A DNA stretch of 64,000 nucleotides from Myxococcales bacterium (GCA_043747615.1 JAYTOU010000060.1:32001-96000); one strand, 5' to 3'. Positions 10,471 through 21,233 are shown, counted from the stretch's first letter. Made by a program: numbers and translations. The notes: a model not told the origin generated them from the sequence alone.

Positions 10471-12717
10471 CTACTCGGCGATTAGAGAGGTGAGAGCGGC
10501 AGGCTCGAGGAGCTGCTTCACGCGGTCTTTGTCTACGTCGGCGACGATGATCTCTCCGACCTCGTCGTTCACGGCGCTGAAGACTCCGCGGAGCTTCATC
10601 TTCTCTGTCTGCCGGTGGTTGTCCTCGGTCGGCGTGAGGTAGTGCACCGAATCGATCTTGTAGCGATGGATGAGGAACAGCTGATTGAGCGTCATCAGCC
10701 GTTTGCGCCGGAGCTTCACGTCGAAGGTGTTCTGATCGCGGATGGAGAGGATGGCGCGACCGTGGCGATCTTGGATGGTGTCGAAGATCACGTTCGCGGC
10801 TTTGTCGCCCGCAGCGCTGAGAATGCTGAGCTCGAGGAGGTGGGACCCTGGGCTGTGCGGACGAAGCGACACGGTGAGACGACCCGCGATGTCGTGGCGT
10901 TTGCGCCACTGATCGAGCCAGCCCTCGAGCAGCTTCGGCGGCACCTCGGTGAGCACGTGGTGCTGAAACTGCGTCGAGCCCTTGCCCATGGCCTTCGTCG
11001 TCGACGTGCGTCCCGACAGCGCCATCAGCCCGGCGTCTGCGCGCGGGCCGCCGACGAGCGTCTGGGGCGTTCTGTAAGGCGACTCGAGCAAGCGGAACTG
11101 GCGCTGGAGACGCGCGAGGGCGAGCATCCCGTCTTGGCGGAGCGCTAATGCAAACTCTTCGCCCGCGAGGCCGTCGATCTGATGGCCACCGTAGGTGATG
11201 AAATTGAAGACGAAGCCTATCTTCCCGAGCTCCTCAGGGAAGCGACGCATCTGCTCATCGTTCAATCCGGCGGTGTCCCAGTTGAATGACGGCGACAGGT
11301 TGTAGGCCAGCATGCTGTTGGGATAAACCGCGTGAATCGCATCGGCGAAAACTTTCGCATCGTGGAGATCGGCGGTCTTCGTCTCCATCCAGATAACGTC
11401 GCAGTAGGGCGCAACGGCGAGTGACTTCGCGATCGCGTAGTCGATGCCGCCGCGTACCTGGTAGTAGCCGTCGGTCGTCTTGGCGTGCTCGCAGTCCCAC
11501 ACCACGTGGACGCCCATGCTCTTGGCCTTCTCGCTGATCGCGTAGAACGACGCGCGCGCCGCGAAGATGAGCCACTGCGATTCCGTGATCTCGAATTGCA
11601 CGCCTTCACTCGCAAGAAAGCGCATCTCTTCGGCGACGGCCTCGCCGTACGTCTTCACGTTGGCCTCGGCCTGCCAGATGTCGACGAAGCGATCGAAGAC
11701 CTTGTCGAGAGCCGCATCGACCCCGGTCCGACCATCTTTTTTGTAGTCCGCAACCGCTTCGTCGAGCAGCGCGGCGATCTCGGTTCCGTCTACCCACGCG
11801 TCGGCTGCGGCGTACTCTTCCTCGCTCGTTGCGTAGAGCTCGTGACCGGTAAGCTCCTCGATGCCCTTGCGGTAGAAGCGGCGCAGGATCGAGAGGAAGG
11901 CCACCTTGAAGCTCGGGATGCGGACGTTGGTGGCGCCGAGAATGAACGGCTGATCGCGCTCGTCGCTGCGGCCGTCGAGGAGAGTCGCGGACTCGGCGTC
12001 CGTACGGGCCACGATGATTCCGCACACCTGCATGATGTCGAGCTGAAAGCGCGCTGCGCTGAGGCGCTTGATCTGCTCGTCTTCGGAGACGAGCACTTTG
12101 CCCCCCTGGTGTCCGCACTTCTTCACCCCGGGCTTCTGATCCTCGATGTGGTAGCCGGGAACACCCACTTCTACGAAGCGACGAATCAGGTTTCGCACGT
12201 GCGCGTCGCCGCCGTGACCGGTGTCGGCGTCGGCGATGATGAACGGCCGAAAATCCACGATGGGGGTTGCCTTGCGCTGCTCCTCACTCATGCGGCAACG
12301 CGCGTGGAACTGGTTCTTGTCGGCCGTCAAGAGTGCGCGGACGATGGGCGCAGCTTCGTCGGGGACCTGGCTCAGCGGATACGACGCGAGGTCCGGTCCG
12401 GGATCCTCCTTCGCCGAGCCTTTCGCGCTCGTCGCCCAGCCGCCCAGGTAAATGCCCTCGATGCCTTGACGCTTGAGAGCTACCGCTTGCCCGGGCGAGT
12501 AGGGGCCGAACGTGGTGATGCATTGTTTCGCCTCGAACAGCTCGCGTAGGCGGGCGTGAAAGGCGGCAGCGGTGTCTCGAGCCACGGTGTAGTCGTTTCG
12601 GATCGTGCCGCGCTGCTCGACGACTTCGCGGGCCGTGTAGAGGCGCTTCATGCCGTGGAAGCGAGCGCTCTTGAACCACTCGCGCATTTCTGAGACTTGT
12701 TCGTCGAAGGTCGGCAT
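10471..12717 (-). CDS. aceA: Isocitrate lyase, long ICL2 type
   Basis: Catalytic [36 protein letters not shown]; large insertion and extra C-terminal domain (748 aa). Confidence 0.93.
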   Translation of the reverse strand: MPTFDEQVSEMREWFKSARFHGMKRLYTAREVVEQRGTIRNDYTVARDTAAAFHARLRELFEAKQCITTFGPYSPGQAVALKRQGIEGIYLGGWATSAKGSAKEDPGPDLASYPLSQVPDEAAPIVRALLTADKNQFHARCRMSEEQRKATPIVDFRPFIIADADTGHGGDAHVRNLIRRFVEVGVPGYHIEDQKPGVKKCGHQGGKVLVSEDEQIKRLSAARFQLDIMQVCGIIVARTDAESATLLDGRSDERDQPFILGATNVRIPSFKVAFLSILRRFYRKGIEELTGHELYATSEEEYAAADAWVDGTEIAALLDEAVADYKKDGRTGVDAALDKVFDRFVDIWQAEANVKTYGEAVAEEMRFLASEGVQFEITESQWLIFAARASFYAISEKAKSMGVHVVWDCEHAKTTDGYYQVRGGIDYAIAKSLAVAPYCDVIWMETKTADLHDAKVFADAIHAVYPNSMLAYNLSPSFNWDTAGLNDEQMRRFPEELGKIGFVFNFITYGGHQIDGLAGEEFALALRQDGMLALARLQRQFRLLESPYRTPQTLVGGPRADAGLMALSGRTSTTKAMGKGSTQFQHHVLTEVPPKLLEGWLDQWRKRHDIAGRLTVSLRPHSPGSHLLELSILSAAGDKAANVIFDTIQDRHGRAILSIRDQNTFDVKLRRKRLMTLNQLFLIHRYKIDSVHYLTPTEDNHRQTEKMKLRGVFSAVNDEVGEIIVADVDKDRVKQLLEPAALTSLIAE

Positions 12718-12854
12718 CGAGACATCTTACCGAGATGCTGGCCGCAGCGCGTCAAAAGGTAGCGACGGGGCGCTAGGCTCCTAGCTCGCTCGTCGGGCGA
12801 TGCGCGCGGAACGGGTCGGAGGCGCGGCGATGGCGTCCGCCGTTCGTGGGACGC

Positions 12855-13883
12855 CTACCAGTCGATGATCGCGGAGCCCCAGGTGAAACCGGAGCCGAAT
12901 GCGACGCACGCCACCTTCATTCCGCGCTTCAATTTCCCGTTGCGTGCGGACTCGGCGAGCAAGATCGGGATCGTCGCCGCGGTGGTATTTCCGTAACGCT
13001 GGATGTTGTGCACGAGCTTCTCTTCAGGGAGCTTGAGGGAGTTTGCGACGTACTGGTTGATCCGCATGTTCGCCTGGTGGAAGACGAAAAGATCGATCGC
13101 CTCGGGGCCGATGTTCTGAGCCCAGCACGCTTGCATGAGGGCGAGGCACATCTTCTCGACGGCGTGCTTGAACACGATTTTTCCGTCCATCTGTGCCCAC
13201 ATATGATCAGGCGCGACCTGCCCGACCCCTTCGGCGTTGTTCGGGATGAAGGGGCGCTTCGAGATGTCCCACACCTTTTGAGAGAGCGTGTGGGCGTAGC
13301 GACCATCGGCGCCGAGCCACGTGCCGCGCACGCCGCGATCCTCGGTCGTCGCGCTCACGATCACCGCGCCCGCACCATCGCCGAAGAGCGACGCAATCTG
13401 ACGCCCGCGCGTCGTCAAGTCCATCGCGGCGGAGTGCGTCTCTGCTCCGACGAGAAGGACGTGCTTCGCCTTTCCCGATTCCACCATCGCGCTGGCCGTT
13501 GCCAGCCCGTAGAGGAAGCCCGAGCACTGGTTGCGGATGTCGAGCGCGGGGACGAACTTGGGCGAATCGCCGTCGCAGAGGCCCAGCTTCTGCTGAAGGA
13601 ACACGCCGCTCCCTGGAAAGCAGTGGTCGGGCGAGAGCGTCGCGAAGACGATGAGGTCGAGATCCTTCTTGTCGATGCCGGCGTCTTTGATCGCGTCCTC
13701 GGAGGCCTTGAGCGCGAGATCCGCGCTTCCGACGCCTTCATCGGCGAAGCGCCGGGCCTCGATGCCGGTGCGCTGGACGATCCACTCGTGGGTGGTGTCG
13801 ATGCCCATCGCCGCAAGATCATCGTTGGTGACAACACGCGGGGGAACATAGAAACCGGTCCCGGAGATGTAAGCGTTCGTCAT
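12855..13883 (-). CDS. fabH: 3-oxoacyl-ACP synthase III
   Basis: Catalytic Cys/His/Asn in NQCSGF, FHQAN and YGNT; LFGDGAGA; AFGSGFTWG. Confidence 0.92.
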   Translation of the reverse strand: MTNAYISGTGFYVPPRVVTNDDLAAMGIDTTHEWIVQRTGIEARRFADEGVGSADLALKASEDAIKDAGIDKKDLDLIVFATLSPDHCFPGSGVFLQQKLGLCDGDSPKFVPALDIRNQCSGFLYGLATASAMVESGKAKHVLLVGAETHSAAMDLTTRGRQIASLFGDGAGAVIVSATTEDRGVRGTWLGADGRYAHTLSQKVWDISKRPFIPNNAEGVGQVAPDHMWAQMDGKIVFKHAVEKMCLALMQACWAQNIGPEAIDLFVFHQANMRINQYVANSLKLPEEKLVHNIQRYGNTTAATIPILLAESARNGKLKRGMKVACVAFGSGFTWGSAIIDW

Positions 13884-13951
13884 GGATCGACACTACCAGC
13901 TCATGGGCCGTTGCACGCGACGCGCGCGCCCAATTCGGCTACATCCAGGAA

Positions 13952-14905
13952 ATGAAATATCGGCAGCTCGGCAAGAGCGACCTGAAGGTTTCGGAAATTT
14001 CCCTGGGATCGTGGCTCACCTTCGGAAAGGGCGTCGAGCGCGACAAAGCCGAAGCATGTGTGAAGCGCGCCTTCGAGTGCGGCATCAACTTCATCGACAC
14101 CGCGAACATCTACGGAAAGGGCGCCGCTGAGTCGTTCCTGGGTGAAGCGCTTGCCGGCGTTCCGCGCGCGTCGTACGTGCTCGCGACCAAGCTCTTCTTT
14201 CCGATGACGGCCACCGATCGCGGACTCTCTCGTGCCCAGATCACGAAGCAGCTCGATGCCTCGCTCGCGCGCCTGAAGACCGACCACGTCGATCTCTACC
14301 AGTGCCATCGCTATGACGCGTCGACGCCGCTCGACGAGACGATGCTCGCGCTCACCGAGGCCGTGAAGAAGGGAAAAACGAGGTACATCGGCTTCAGTGA
14401 ATGGGCACCCGCACAAATCCGTGCGTCGCTCGCCGTGCCTGGCGCCACCCGCTTCGTGTCGAGCCAGCCGCAGTACTCGATGCTCTGGCGCGCGCCGGAA
14501 GCCGAGGTGATCCCGCTCTCTGCGGCGGAGGGCATCTCGCAGATCGTGTGGTCACCGCTCGCGCAGGGCGTGCTCACCGGAAAATACAAACCGGGCCAGG
14601 CAGTGCCCACGGACTCACGTGCGGCGAGCGAGTCGATGGGCGGTTTCATGGGAAAAGAGCTCCTCAACGACAAGGTGCTCACCGCGGTCGATCGACTCCG
14701 GCCCATCGCAAAAGAGGCGGGCCTATCGATGGCTCAGCTCGCCCTTGCGTGGGTGCTGCGCAACCCCAACGTAGCCTCCGCTATCATCGGCGCGAGCCGG
14801 GTTGAGCAGGTCGACGACAACGCCAAGGCGTCCGGAGTCGTGCTCGGCGCCGACGTCCTCGAGGCAATCGACGTCGCCCTCGAAGGCGCGTTCGAGCGCT
14901 GGTAG
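13952..14905 (+). CDS. Aldo/keto reductase (Kv-beta-like)
   Basis: LGSWLTFG, FIDTANIYG, DLYQCHRYD, WSPLAQGVLTGKY, AQLALAW. Confidence 0.92.
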   Translation: MKYRQLGKSDLKVSEISLGSWLTFGKGVERDKAEACVKRAFECGINFIDTANIYGKGAAESFLGEALAGVPRASYVLATKLFFPMTATDRGLSRAQITKQLDASLARLKTDHVDLYQCHRYDASTPLDETMLALTEAVKKGKTRYIGFSEWAPAQIRASLAVPGATRFVSSQPQYSMLWRAPEAEVIPLSAAEGISQIVWSPLAQGVLTGKYKPGQAVPTDSRAASESMGGFMGKELLNDKVLTAVDRLRPIAKEAGLSMAQLALAWVLRNPNVASAIIGASRVEQVDDNAKASGVVLGADVLEAIDVALEGAFERW

Positions 14906-14917
14906 ATTGCGACCACG

Positions 14918-16009
14918 ATGGGCAACAGCTTCGGCACTATTTTTCGGGTAACGACGTGGGGCGAATCGCACGGTGGAGCGATGGGCGCGGTGGTCGATGG
15001 GTGCCCGCCGCTGCTCGAGCTGTCGGAAGCGGATCTGCAGCCTGATCTCGATCGCCGGCGGCCCGGACAGAGCTCGATCGTCACCCAGAGAAAAGAGACC
15101 GACACCATCCGCATCCAGAGCGGCGTCTTCGAAGGACGAACCCTGGGCACCCCGATCGGCATGGTGATCGCCAACGAAGACCAGCGCTCTGGTGACTACA
15201 GCGACGTCAAAGAAAAGTACCGCCCGAGCCACGCCGACTACACCTATGACGCCAAGTACGGCATCCGCGACTACCGTGGCGGTGGTCGAACGAGCGCGCG
15301 CGAAACCGCGGGGCGCGTGGCAGCCGGAGCGATCGCCAAGAAGCTCATGAAGGTGCGCCACGCCGTCGAGATCGTGGCCTGGGTCTCGAAGGTCGGAACG
15401 ATCGTCGCCGACTGCGACGTCGAATCCGTCACCCTCGAGGCGGTCGAGCAGACACCGGTGCGCTGCCCGGAGCTGGGGATCGCGACGGAAATGATCGCGG
15501 CCATTGAAGCCGCACGCAAAGCCGGAAATTCGTTGGGCGGCGTGATCACGTGCGCGGTTCGCGGCGCTCCGCCCGGGTGGGGCGAGCCGGTGTTCGATCG
15601 CCTGGAAGCGGATCTGGCGAAGGCCATGCTGAGCCTACCGGCGACGAAGGGTTTCGAGATCGGGTCGGGCTTCGCGGGAACGGATCTGACCGGCGCCGAT
15701 CACAACGACGCGTTCTACATGGTCGGCGATCGGGTGCGCACCCGATCGAACCGCAGCGGGGGCGTTCAGGGCGGCATCTCCAACGGCGAAACGATCTACT
15801 TCCGCGTGGCCTTCAAGCCGACCGCCACGATCATGCGCGCGCAGGACACCGTCAACATCCGCCACGAGGACACCACGATCTCGGGGCGCGGGCGTCACGA
15901 TGCATGCGTGCTTCCACGCGCGGTGGTGATGGTGGAAGCGATGGCGGCGCTGGTGATGGCCGACCACGCACTCCGTCACGCCGCGGTGCGACCCGGCTCA
16001 GGCGGTTAG
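14918..16009 (+). CDS. aroC: Chorismate synthase
   Basis: [40 protein letters not shown]. Confidence 0.97.
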   Translation: MGNSFGTIFRVTTWGESHGGAMGAVVDGCPPLLELSEADLQPDLDRRRPGQSSIVTQRKETDTIRIQSGVFEGRTLGTPIGMVIANEDQRSGDYSDVKEKYRPSHADYTYDAKYGIRDYRGGGRTSARETAGRVAAGAIAKKLMKVRHAVEIVAWVSKVGTIVADCDVESVTLEAVEQTPVRCPELGIATEMIAAIEAARKAGNSLGGVITCAVRGAPPGWGEPVFDRLEADLAKAMLSLPATKGFEIGSGFAGTDLTGADHNDAFYMVGDRVRTRSNRSGGVQGGISNGETIYFRVAFKPTATIMRAQDTVNIRHEDTTISGRGRHDACVLPRAVVMVEAMAALVMADHALRHAAVRPGSGG

Positions 16010-16067
16010 CCGTCTTGCCCGGTGATCGAGGTAGAGCGATGGCGGAACGAGAGTAGAGTTCGACCGC

Positions 16068-16172
16068 GTGCAGACGAGCGAGATCATCTTCTTAGCAATC
16101 GCCGTCCTCCTTCCCGTGGGGGGCGGCGCGACCCTCTTCTATTTCCTCACCCGCCGCACCAGGAAGCCTTGA
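16068..16172 (+). CDS. Putative 34-aa single-TM small protein (MQTSEIIFLAIAVLLPVGGGATLFYFLTRRTRKP), absent from the ORF track
   Basis: Read by hand: GTG 16068 to TGA 16172; hydrophobic helix plus basic tail; TAGAGT 8 nt upstream. Confidence 0.6.
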   Translation: MQTSEIIFLAIAVLLPVGGGATLFYFLTRRTRKP

Positions 16173-16308
16173 ACGACATTCGCCGAGTAGAGCGGAGCGA
16201 GGGACGCGCGGCCGCGGGGATGCTCTCCCTGCTTCCTCAACGGATAGGGAGACGAGACGTGCGCCGAGCTCGGCTGTCTGCGAATGCGGCTCATGAGACG
16301 GAGCCCCG

Positions 16309-16971
16309 TTAGCCGGTAGGTCGGAGGGCGTGGACGGCGTCGAAGATGTTGCGCATCAAGTGGAGCGAGGTCTCGAGGACGTCGACGACGCCATCCTGAA
16401 GCGCGCGGTCGCCCGCGCACGATGAGCCGAGAACGTCTTTCACCTCTTCGAGGTGCGCCTTGTCGATCACCGAGTGCGCCACGAGAAAGCTGAGCTGGGA
16501 CGGCTGCAACTTGAGGTCGCGGCGAAGTGATACGAGGAAATCTTCGAGGTATGGATAGCAACCTTCGGCCCAGTAACTGTAGCCGAGACGCGCCGTCGGA
16601 TCGCGTTCCTTCAGCCGAAAGAGATACCCGACGAAGGCCTCCGTCTCCGGGAGCGGCTTCGCGTTTCGCACCTCGTCGGGCGAGACGCCGATGGTCTCGA
16701 GGTCCTTCAGCACCATGAGATCGTGCCCAGCTTCGGTATATGCATGATGCAAGCAATACTTGAGGAGCGCCAAGCGATCGGAGGTCAGTGAGACGGCCAT
16801 CAGCGCCTGATTTTGCGCGTTGAAGCGGGTGTAGTGAAAGATCTGCTTCATCAGCGTGACGTAGAAATCGCGATCGATGCCCTTCTTCAGACGCTGCCAA
16901 GAAGCGCTCGCGTGGATGGCGCGCCACGCGTCGCGTTCGGTGTTCTGGAGCCGCTCGAAGAACTCGTCCAT
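16309..16971 (-). CDS. Heme-oxygenase-like diiron (iron-containing redox, CADD/PqqC-like) enzyme
   Basis: All-helical 220 aa; metal-ligand pattern TEAGH...WAE...HSVIDKAH; TGATG coupling to the upstream gene. Confidence 0.82.
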   Translation of the reverse strand: MDEFFERLQNTERDAWRAIHASASWQRLKKGIDRDFYVTLMKQIFHYTRFNAQNQALMAVSLTSDRLALLKYCLHHAYTEAGHDLMVLKDLETIGVSPDEVRNAKPLPETEAFVGYLFRLKERDPTARLGYSYWAEGCYPYLEDFLVSLRRDLKLQPSQLSFLVAHSVIDKAHLEEVKDVLGSSCAGDRALQDGVVDVLETSLHLMRNIFDAVHALRPTG

Positions 16972-17627
16972 CACGTGCCTGCTTTCCTCTGTTGTTGTCT
17001 CGCTTCCGTAGAAATGTCCCAACCCTGCGTGGCGAGGCGACGCAAGACCGCGGGCTGCGACGCCTCCATGTCGCCGTAGATCACGACGTACCTGCGGGCC
17101 GTCGGACGCCCGCGGAGCGTGAGCTCTTCGTCGCTCGTGAGCTTCATCCCCAGGCGCGCGTAGAGGCGGACCAGAGGCCGCGTGCATACCGCGAAGTTGT
17201 AGCGAAACGAGGTCTGCTCGAGGAGCCACGTGCCCGCCATGAGAAGCATTGCTTCGACGAGGCCGGTTGCGCGCCACCCGCGACGAATGACGACGCGGCT
17301 GGTCTCGACGAGTGAGTGCGCGGGTACCGCCGGCAAGGTCCACGCGGTCACGAGATCGTCTAGCTCGAAGCGACCACGAAGAGGCACGGTGAAACGGCAG
17401 GTGGCGACGGGGTCGCGCTCTCCCAGGCATAAGCAGGCGAAGACGTAGGAGCGTTCGTCGTATACGTCGGCGGCGGGATGGAGCCCTTGGCGACCTTGGG
17501 AAGACAGAAGGTAGGGCTGCGTCGCGGCGTAGGTGTCTTGCCTCAGTTCATAGACCGCGGCGCGGGCAGCGGCCGTTTGTGCGAGCTCCACCGTGTACCT
17601 CTTGTCGCCGTTCCGCGCGGTTGCCAT
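16971..17627 (-). CDS. GNAT-fold N-acyltransferase, FeeM/N-acyl amino acid synthase-like
   Basis: VYELRQDTY, DVYD, ATCRF, VETSRVVI and LYARLG motifs. Confidence 0.78.
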   Translation of the reverse strand: MATARNGDKRYTVELAQTAAARAAVYELRQDTYAATQPYLLSSQGRQGLHPAADVYDERSYVFACLCLGERDPVATCRFTVPLRGRFELDDLVTAWTLPAVPAHSLVETSRVVIRRGWRATGLVEAMLLMAGTWLLEQTSFRYNFAVCTRPLVRLYARLGMKLTSDEELTLRGRPTARRYVVIYGDMEASQPAVLRRLATQGWDISTEARQQQRKAGT

Positions 17628-17686
17628 CCTAAATCAGCTACGCCTCGCCGACCCGTTCGGATCCGTCGGGCGTATCGTCTCCTGAG

Positions 17687-18625
17687 ATGACGCCGCCCAC
17701 CTACTCGGAAAGCCTCATCAACTACTTTCGCGGCTGGCGATATCCGTTCTTCGGAACGATCTTCCTCTACGTGCTCATGGTGCTCGGGTGGGTAGGCCTC
17801 GGCGGCGGGCTCGCGGATCTGGGCTCGGCATCGCTCCGGCACGTCGGGCTGGGAGCGCTTGCGGCGACGCTTCTGCTCTTTGGAATTTTTCTCCTCAACG
17901 ACGCGGCCGATCGACACGTCGACGCGCGCGTGCATCCCGATCGACCGATCCCAAAAGGGCTCTCGGACTGGAAGCACGTCGCGGCCACGGCCGTGGTCCT
18001 CATGCTCGCTGCTTGTGTCTTGAGCGCGTTCGTCAACCCGGTGAGCCTCGCGGTGGCAGCGGCGATGACGGCGTACGCGCTGCTTTTCTATGGCTGGGTG
18101 AAGGGCGGGCTCGATGTGCCAGGCTCGTCGGAAATCCTGACGCCTGTCGTCTCTGCGCTCTTCCCCCTCTACGCGCTCTCGGTTGCGGGTTGCGAGGACC
18201 CGCGCATCTTCGCCGGCGTGGTTGGGTACATCTATCTCGCGGACTTCTCCCAGGACCTGCTCGGCGGCATTCACGACCAGGCCGGAGACCGTGTCGGCAA
18301 CGTGCGCACCTTCGCGCTGGCAATCGGGCCGACAAGGACCCTCGTGGTCTCGCTCGCGTGCTTCGTGCTCGCCACTGCTGCAGGAGCCTCGCTCGTCGTC
18401 GGCGGTCATCTCGGCGTGGTCTACGCCCTGGTTCTAGCGGGAGTTACGGCGACCATGCTTGCACTATACACGCGATTATTTCGCATGGCGCGCGGACGCG
18501 AAGCCGATGATCCTGCGCTACTCACGGCCGCCGACCGCGCAAACCACCTGGCGGGAATGTTCTTCTTCATCGTGTCTGCAGCGACGTTTCTCGATCACGT
18601 CGTCCGCCGACTGCTAGGCCGCTGA
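17687..18625 (+). CDS. UbiA-family prenyltransferase
   Basis: NDAADRHVDARVHPDRPIPKG first Asp-rich motif; second motif QDLLGGIHDQAGDR; many TM helices. Confidence 0.9.
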   Translation: MTPPTYSESLINYFRGWRYPFFGTIFLYVLMVLGWVGLGGGLADLGSASLRHVGLGALAATLLLFGIFLLNDAADRHVDARVHPDRPIPKGLSDWKHVAATAVVLMLAACVLSAFVNPVSLAVAAAMTAYALLFYGWVKGGLDVPGSSEILTPVVSALFPLYALSVAGCEDPRIFAGVVGYIYLADFSQDLLGGIHDQAGDRVGNVRTFALAIGPTRTLVVSLACFVLATAAGASLVVGGHLGVVYALVLAGVTATMLALYTRLFRMARGREADDPALLTAADRANHLAGMFFFIVSAATFLDHVVRRLLGR

Positions 18626-18671
18626 GACCGTGGTACGCTCGTGCGGGCTCTGAAAAAAAGAGGAACACTCC

Positions 18672-20324
18672 ATGCGTGCACTGAAGCTGCTGTTGCCCGC
18701 CTCCGTGATCTTGGTTTCATCGCTCGCCGCACAAGCATGCGGCGACTCGAGCGCTGCGAACCCAGACTCTGACGGCGGCCTCGCGGACGGAACGGTATCT
18801 GGGGACGGCGCCGCCTCTCAAGACGGAAGCGCCGCGGACGCGCCGGCAGACGGAACCGCGATCACCCCGCAAGGCCCCTCGGTGCTCGAGTTTCACAAGC
18901 ACCCCTCACGCAACGGCGTGTACGTCGACGCTCTCATCACCAAGGCCAAGGCTGCGACGATCCACAAGGACCCCGCATTTCAAGCGACCATCGCTGGCCA
19001 CGTCTTTTCGCAGGTGCTCTACGCAGAGAATGGACCGGGCGGTAAAGAGGCCGTCTTCGTCGCCACCGAGAGCAACAACGTCTACGCCCTCGATGCCTCG
19101 AGCGGCGCGCAGCTGTGGATGACGAAGCTCGGTCCTGAGATGACCGATCATCCATCGTTCACGGGATGCGGCAACCTCACACCGCTCGGGGTTACCTCGA
19201 CCCCCATCATCGATCTCGCTGCGCGCCGCATGTACGTGGGAGCAGTGGTCGCGGCGGTGGGCGGAGTCGCTCCCATGTTCCAAAAAGTTTTCGCCCTCTC
19301 CCTGGACGACGGCAAGCCCGTGACCGGGAGCGGTTGGCCCCTGGATCTCGAGACGGCAGTCCCGGGCTTCAAGTCGCAATGGCAGAGCCAACGCGGCGCG
19401 CTCGCGCTCATGAAGGGGACACTCTACGTCCCCTACGGTGGATACGTTGGAGATTGCGGCGCGTACCGCGGACGCGTAGTCGGCATCGCGACGGCGACGG
19501 GCACGGTCGTGAACAACTATGTGACGGCCTCAGATGTCTCGGGCATCTGGTCACCAGGCGGCCTCGCCTCCGACGGAACGAACATCTACGCAACGACCGG
19601 AAATGCACCCGGTGGAACCGCAACCTGGGGAGGTCAAGAAGCCGTCCTTCGCCTCCAGGCTGGCCCGACTTTCAGCAACACCGCCGCGGATTACTTCGCG
19701 CCGTCGAACTGGCAGGAGATGGACACCAACGACAAAGACATGTGCGGCGCCGGGCCCGTGCTCGTCGACGTCCCAGGTGCGACACCGTCGAAGCTCGTCC
19801 TCGGGATGAGCAAGCTGGGCGTCGTCCACCTCCTCGATCGCAGCAACCTTGGCGGCATCGGCACCGGAGATGGCGGCACCGGCGAAGGCCTCGCAAGCAA
19901 GCCGGTCATCGGCGGAGAGATTCACACGGCGGCTGCCACGTACGCGACGCGCTTGGGCACATACGTCGTCTTCAACGGAGACACCGGGGGCATCGATTGC
20001 CCGGGCGCGACCGCCGGCAGTCTCGTCGCGATCAAGATCACGCCGACCGCGCCTCCGACGATCAGCGTCGCATGGTGCGCAACCCCGCCCGGCCAAGGCG
20101 CTCCGATGGTGACCACCACCGATGGGCAGAACGAGACCCTCGTGTGGGTGAGCGGTTCGAGCACGTTGCGCGCCTTCGACGGAGACACGGGCGCGCCGGT
20201 GTTTCCCGGCGGGGGCGCTGCGGAAGCCATGGGCAACGTGAGGCACTGGGTTCCGCCAATCGCGGCGAAGGGTCGCGTCCTCATCGCGGGCGACAACGCG
20301 GTTTACGCATTCACGGTAAAGTGA
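18672..20324 (+). CDS. Lipoprotein with PQQ-like beta-propeller
   Basis: AQAC lipobox; NNVYALDASSGAQLW, GVTSTPIID, LRAFDGDTG blades. Confidence 0.82.
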   Translation: MRALKLLLPASVILVSSLAAQACGDSSAANPDSDGGLADGTVSGDGAASQDGSAADAPADGTAITPQGPSVLEFHKHPSRNGVYVDALITKAKAATIHKDPAFQATIAGHVFSQVLYAENGPGGKEAVFVATESNNVYALDASSGAQLWMTKLGPEMTDHPSFTGCGNLTPLGVTSTPIIDLAARRMYVGAVVAAVGGVAPMFQKVFALSLDDGKPVTGSGWPLDLETAVPGFKSQWQSQRGALALMKGTLYVPYGGYVGDCGAYRGRVVGIATATGTVVNNYVTASDVSGIWSPGGLASDGTNIYATTGNAPGGTATWGGQEAVLRLQAGPTFSNTAADYFAPSNWQEMDTNDKDMCGAGPVLVDVPGATPSKLVLGMSKLGVVHLLDRSNLGGIGTGDGGTGEGLASKPVIGGEIHTAAATYATRLGTYVVFNGDTGGIDCPGATAGSLVAIKITPTAPPTISVAWCATPPGQGAPMVTTTDGQNETLVWVSGSSTLRAFDGDTGAPVFPGGGAAEAMGNVRHWVPPIAAKGRVLIAGDNAVYAFTVK

Positions 20325-20893
20325 AACCCAGTCGTCTCGCCTCCCTGTCTCTCGACTTCGCTGGCTGGAAGTACGAGGGCGACGTGCCCACCGAGAAGAA
20401 GTGCGTCTGCCTCGCGGTGCCCCACACCAGCAACTGGGACGGGCTTCTTCTCGTCACCATCCTGCGAAGCATCGGGCTGCCCATGGAGTGGATGATCAAA
20501 GACTCGTGGCTCAAAGGTCCCCTCGGTCCGATCGTGCGCGGCGCGGGCGGCCTCGGCATCAATCGCAGCCATGCGAGCAACGTCGTCGATCAGATGATCG
20601 CGCAATTTCGCACGCGCGATACGTTCGTGCTCGGGATCCCGCCGGAAGGCACGCGCTCCCTCGCAGCGCACTGGAAATCGGGTTTTTATCACATAGCGGT
20701 CGGCGCGAACGTTCCCGTCGTTCCAGGCTATCTCGACTACGGACGCAAGCGCGCAGGACTCGGCAAGGGCATCATGATGACCGGCAACGTGCGCGAAGAC
20801 ATGGATCGAATCCGCGCCTACTACGCCGAAAAAAAACCGCTCGGCTACGACCACGCGAACTTCGGCCCCATCCGCCTGCGTGAGGAATCCTAG
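20321..20893 (+). CDS. PlsC-family acyltransferase
   Basis: PHTSNWD (HxxxxD), PPEGTR, WKSGFYHIA; GTGA overlap with the upstream gene. Confidence 0.9.
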   Translation: MKPSRLASLSLDFAGWKYEGDVPTEKKCVCLAVPHTSNWDGLLLVTILRSIGLPMEWMIKDSWLKGPLGPIVRGAGGLGINRSHASNVVDQMIAQFRTRDTFVLGIPPEGTRSLAAHWKSGFYHIAVGANVPVVPGYLDYGRKRAGLGKGIMMTGNVREDMDRIRAYYAEKKPLGYDHANFGPIRLREES

Positions 20894-21233
20894 CGGAGCT
20901 CGCTGTGCTGATGCTTCTCCGGCGGAAACTCGTATCTCGTGCGAGTCTCGCGGAGTGATCCGAAGACTTCGCTCGCTCACCCGCCCGGCAGCCGTCGAGG
21001 CCATCAAAAATTCGGATCGCCAGCTCGCCCGCTTGCTCGACACTTTGCGTCGCAGCTACGATGCGCGTCGTCCGGAGATGCTGACGTTGCTCATCCTGTA
21101 TGGCCCGAACGTGCCTCACGGAACGATCGCCGGCGCGCGCCTGATCGACATTGGCCCGACCATCGCCTCTTGGCTCGGCCTTCCCATGCCGCAAGCCACG
21201 GGGGCGCCTCTGCGCATCACGTCTGCACGATGA
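20880..21233 (+). pseudogene. Remnant of an alkaline-phosphatase-superfamily (NPP-type) phosphodiesterase gene
   Basis: AVEAIKNSDRQLARLLDTLR joined directly to YDARRPEM..LILYGP...LIDIGPTIASWLGL; catalytic and SDHG segments missing. Confidence 0.55.

Noticed and set aside
16971..17627. LuxI-type AHL synthase call
   Set aside because: Shares the R/D/R/ExSR motifs but lacks the LuxI F...W pair and has no adjacent luxR; FeeM-like fits better
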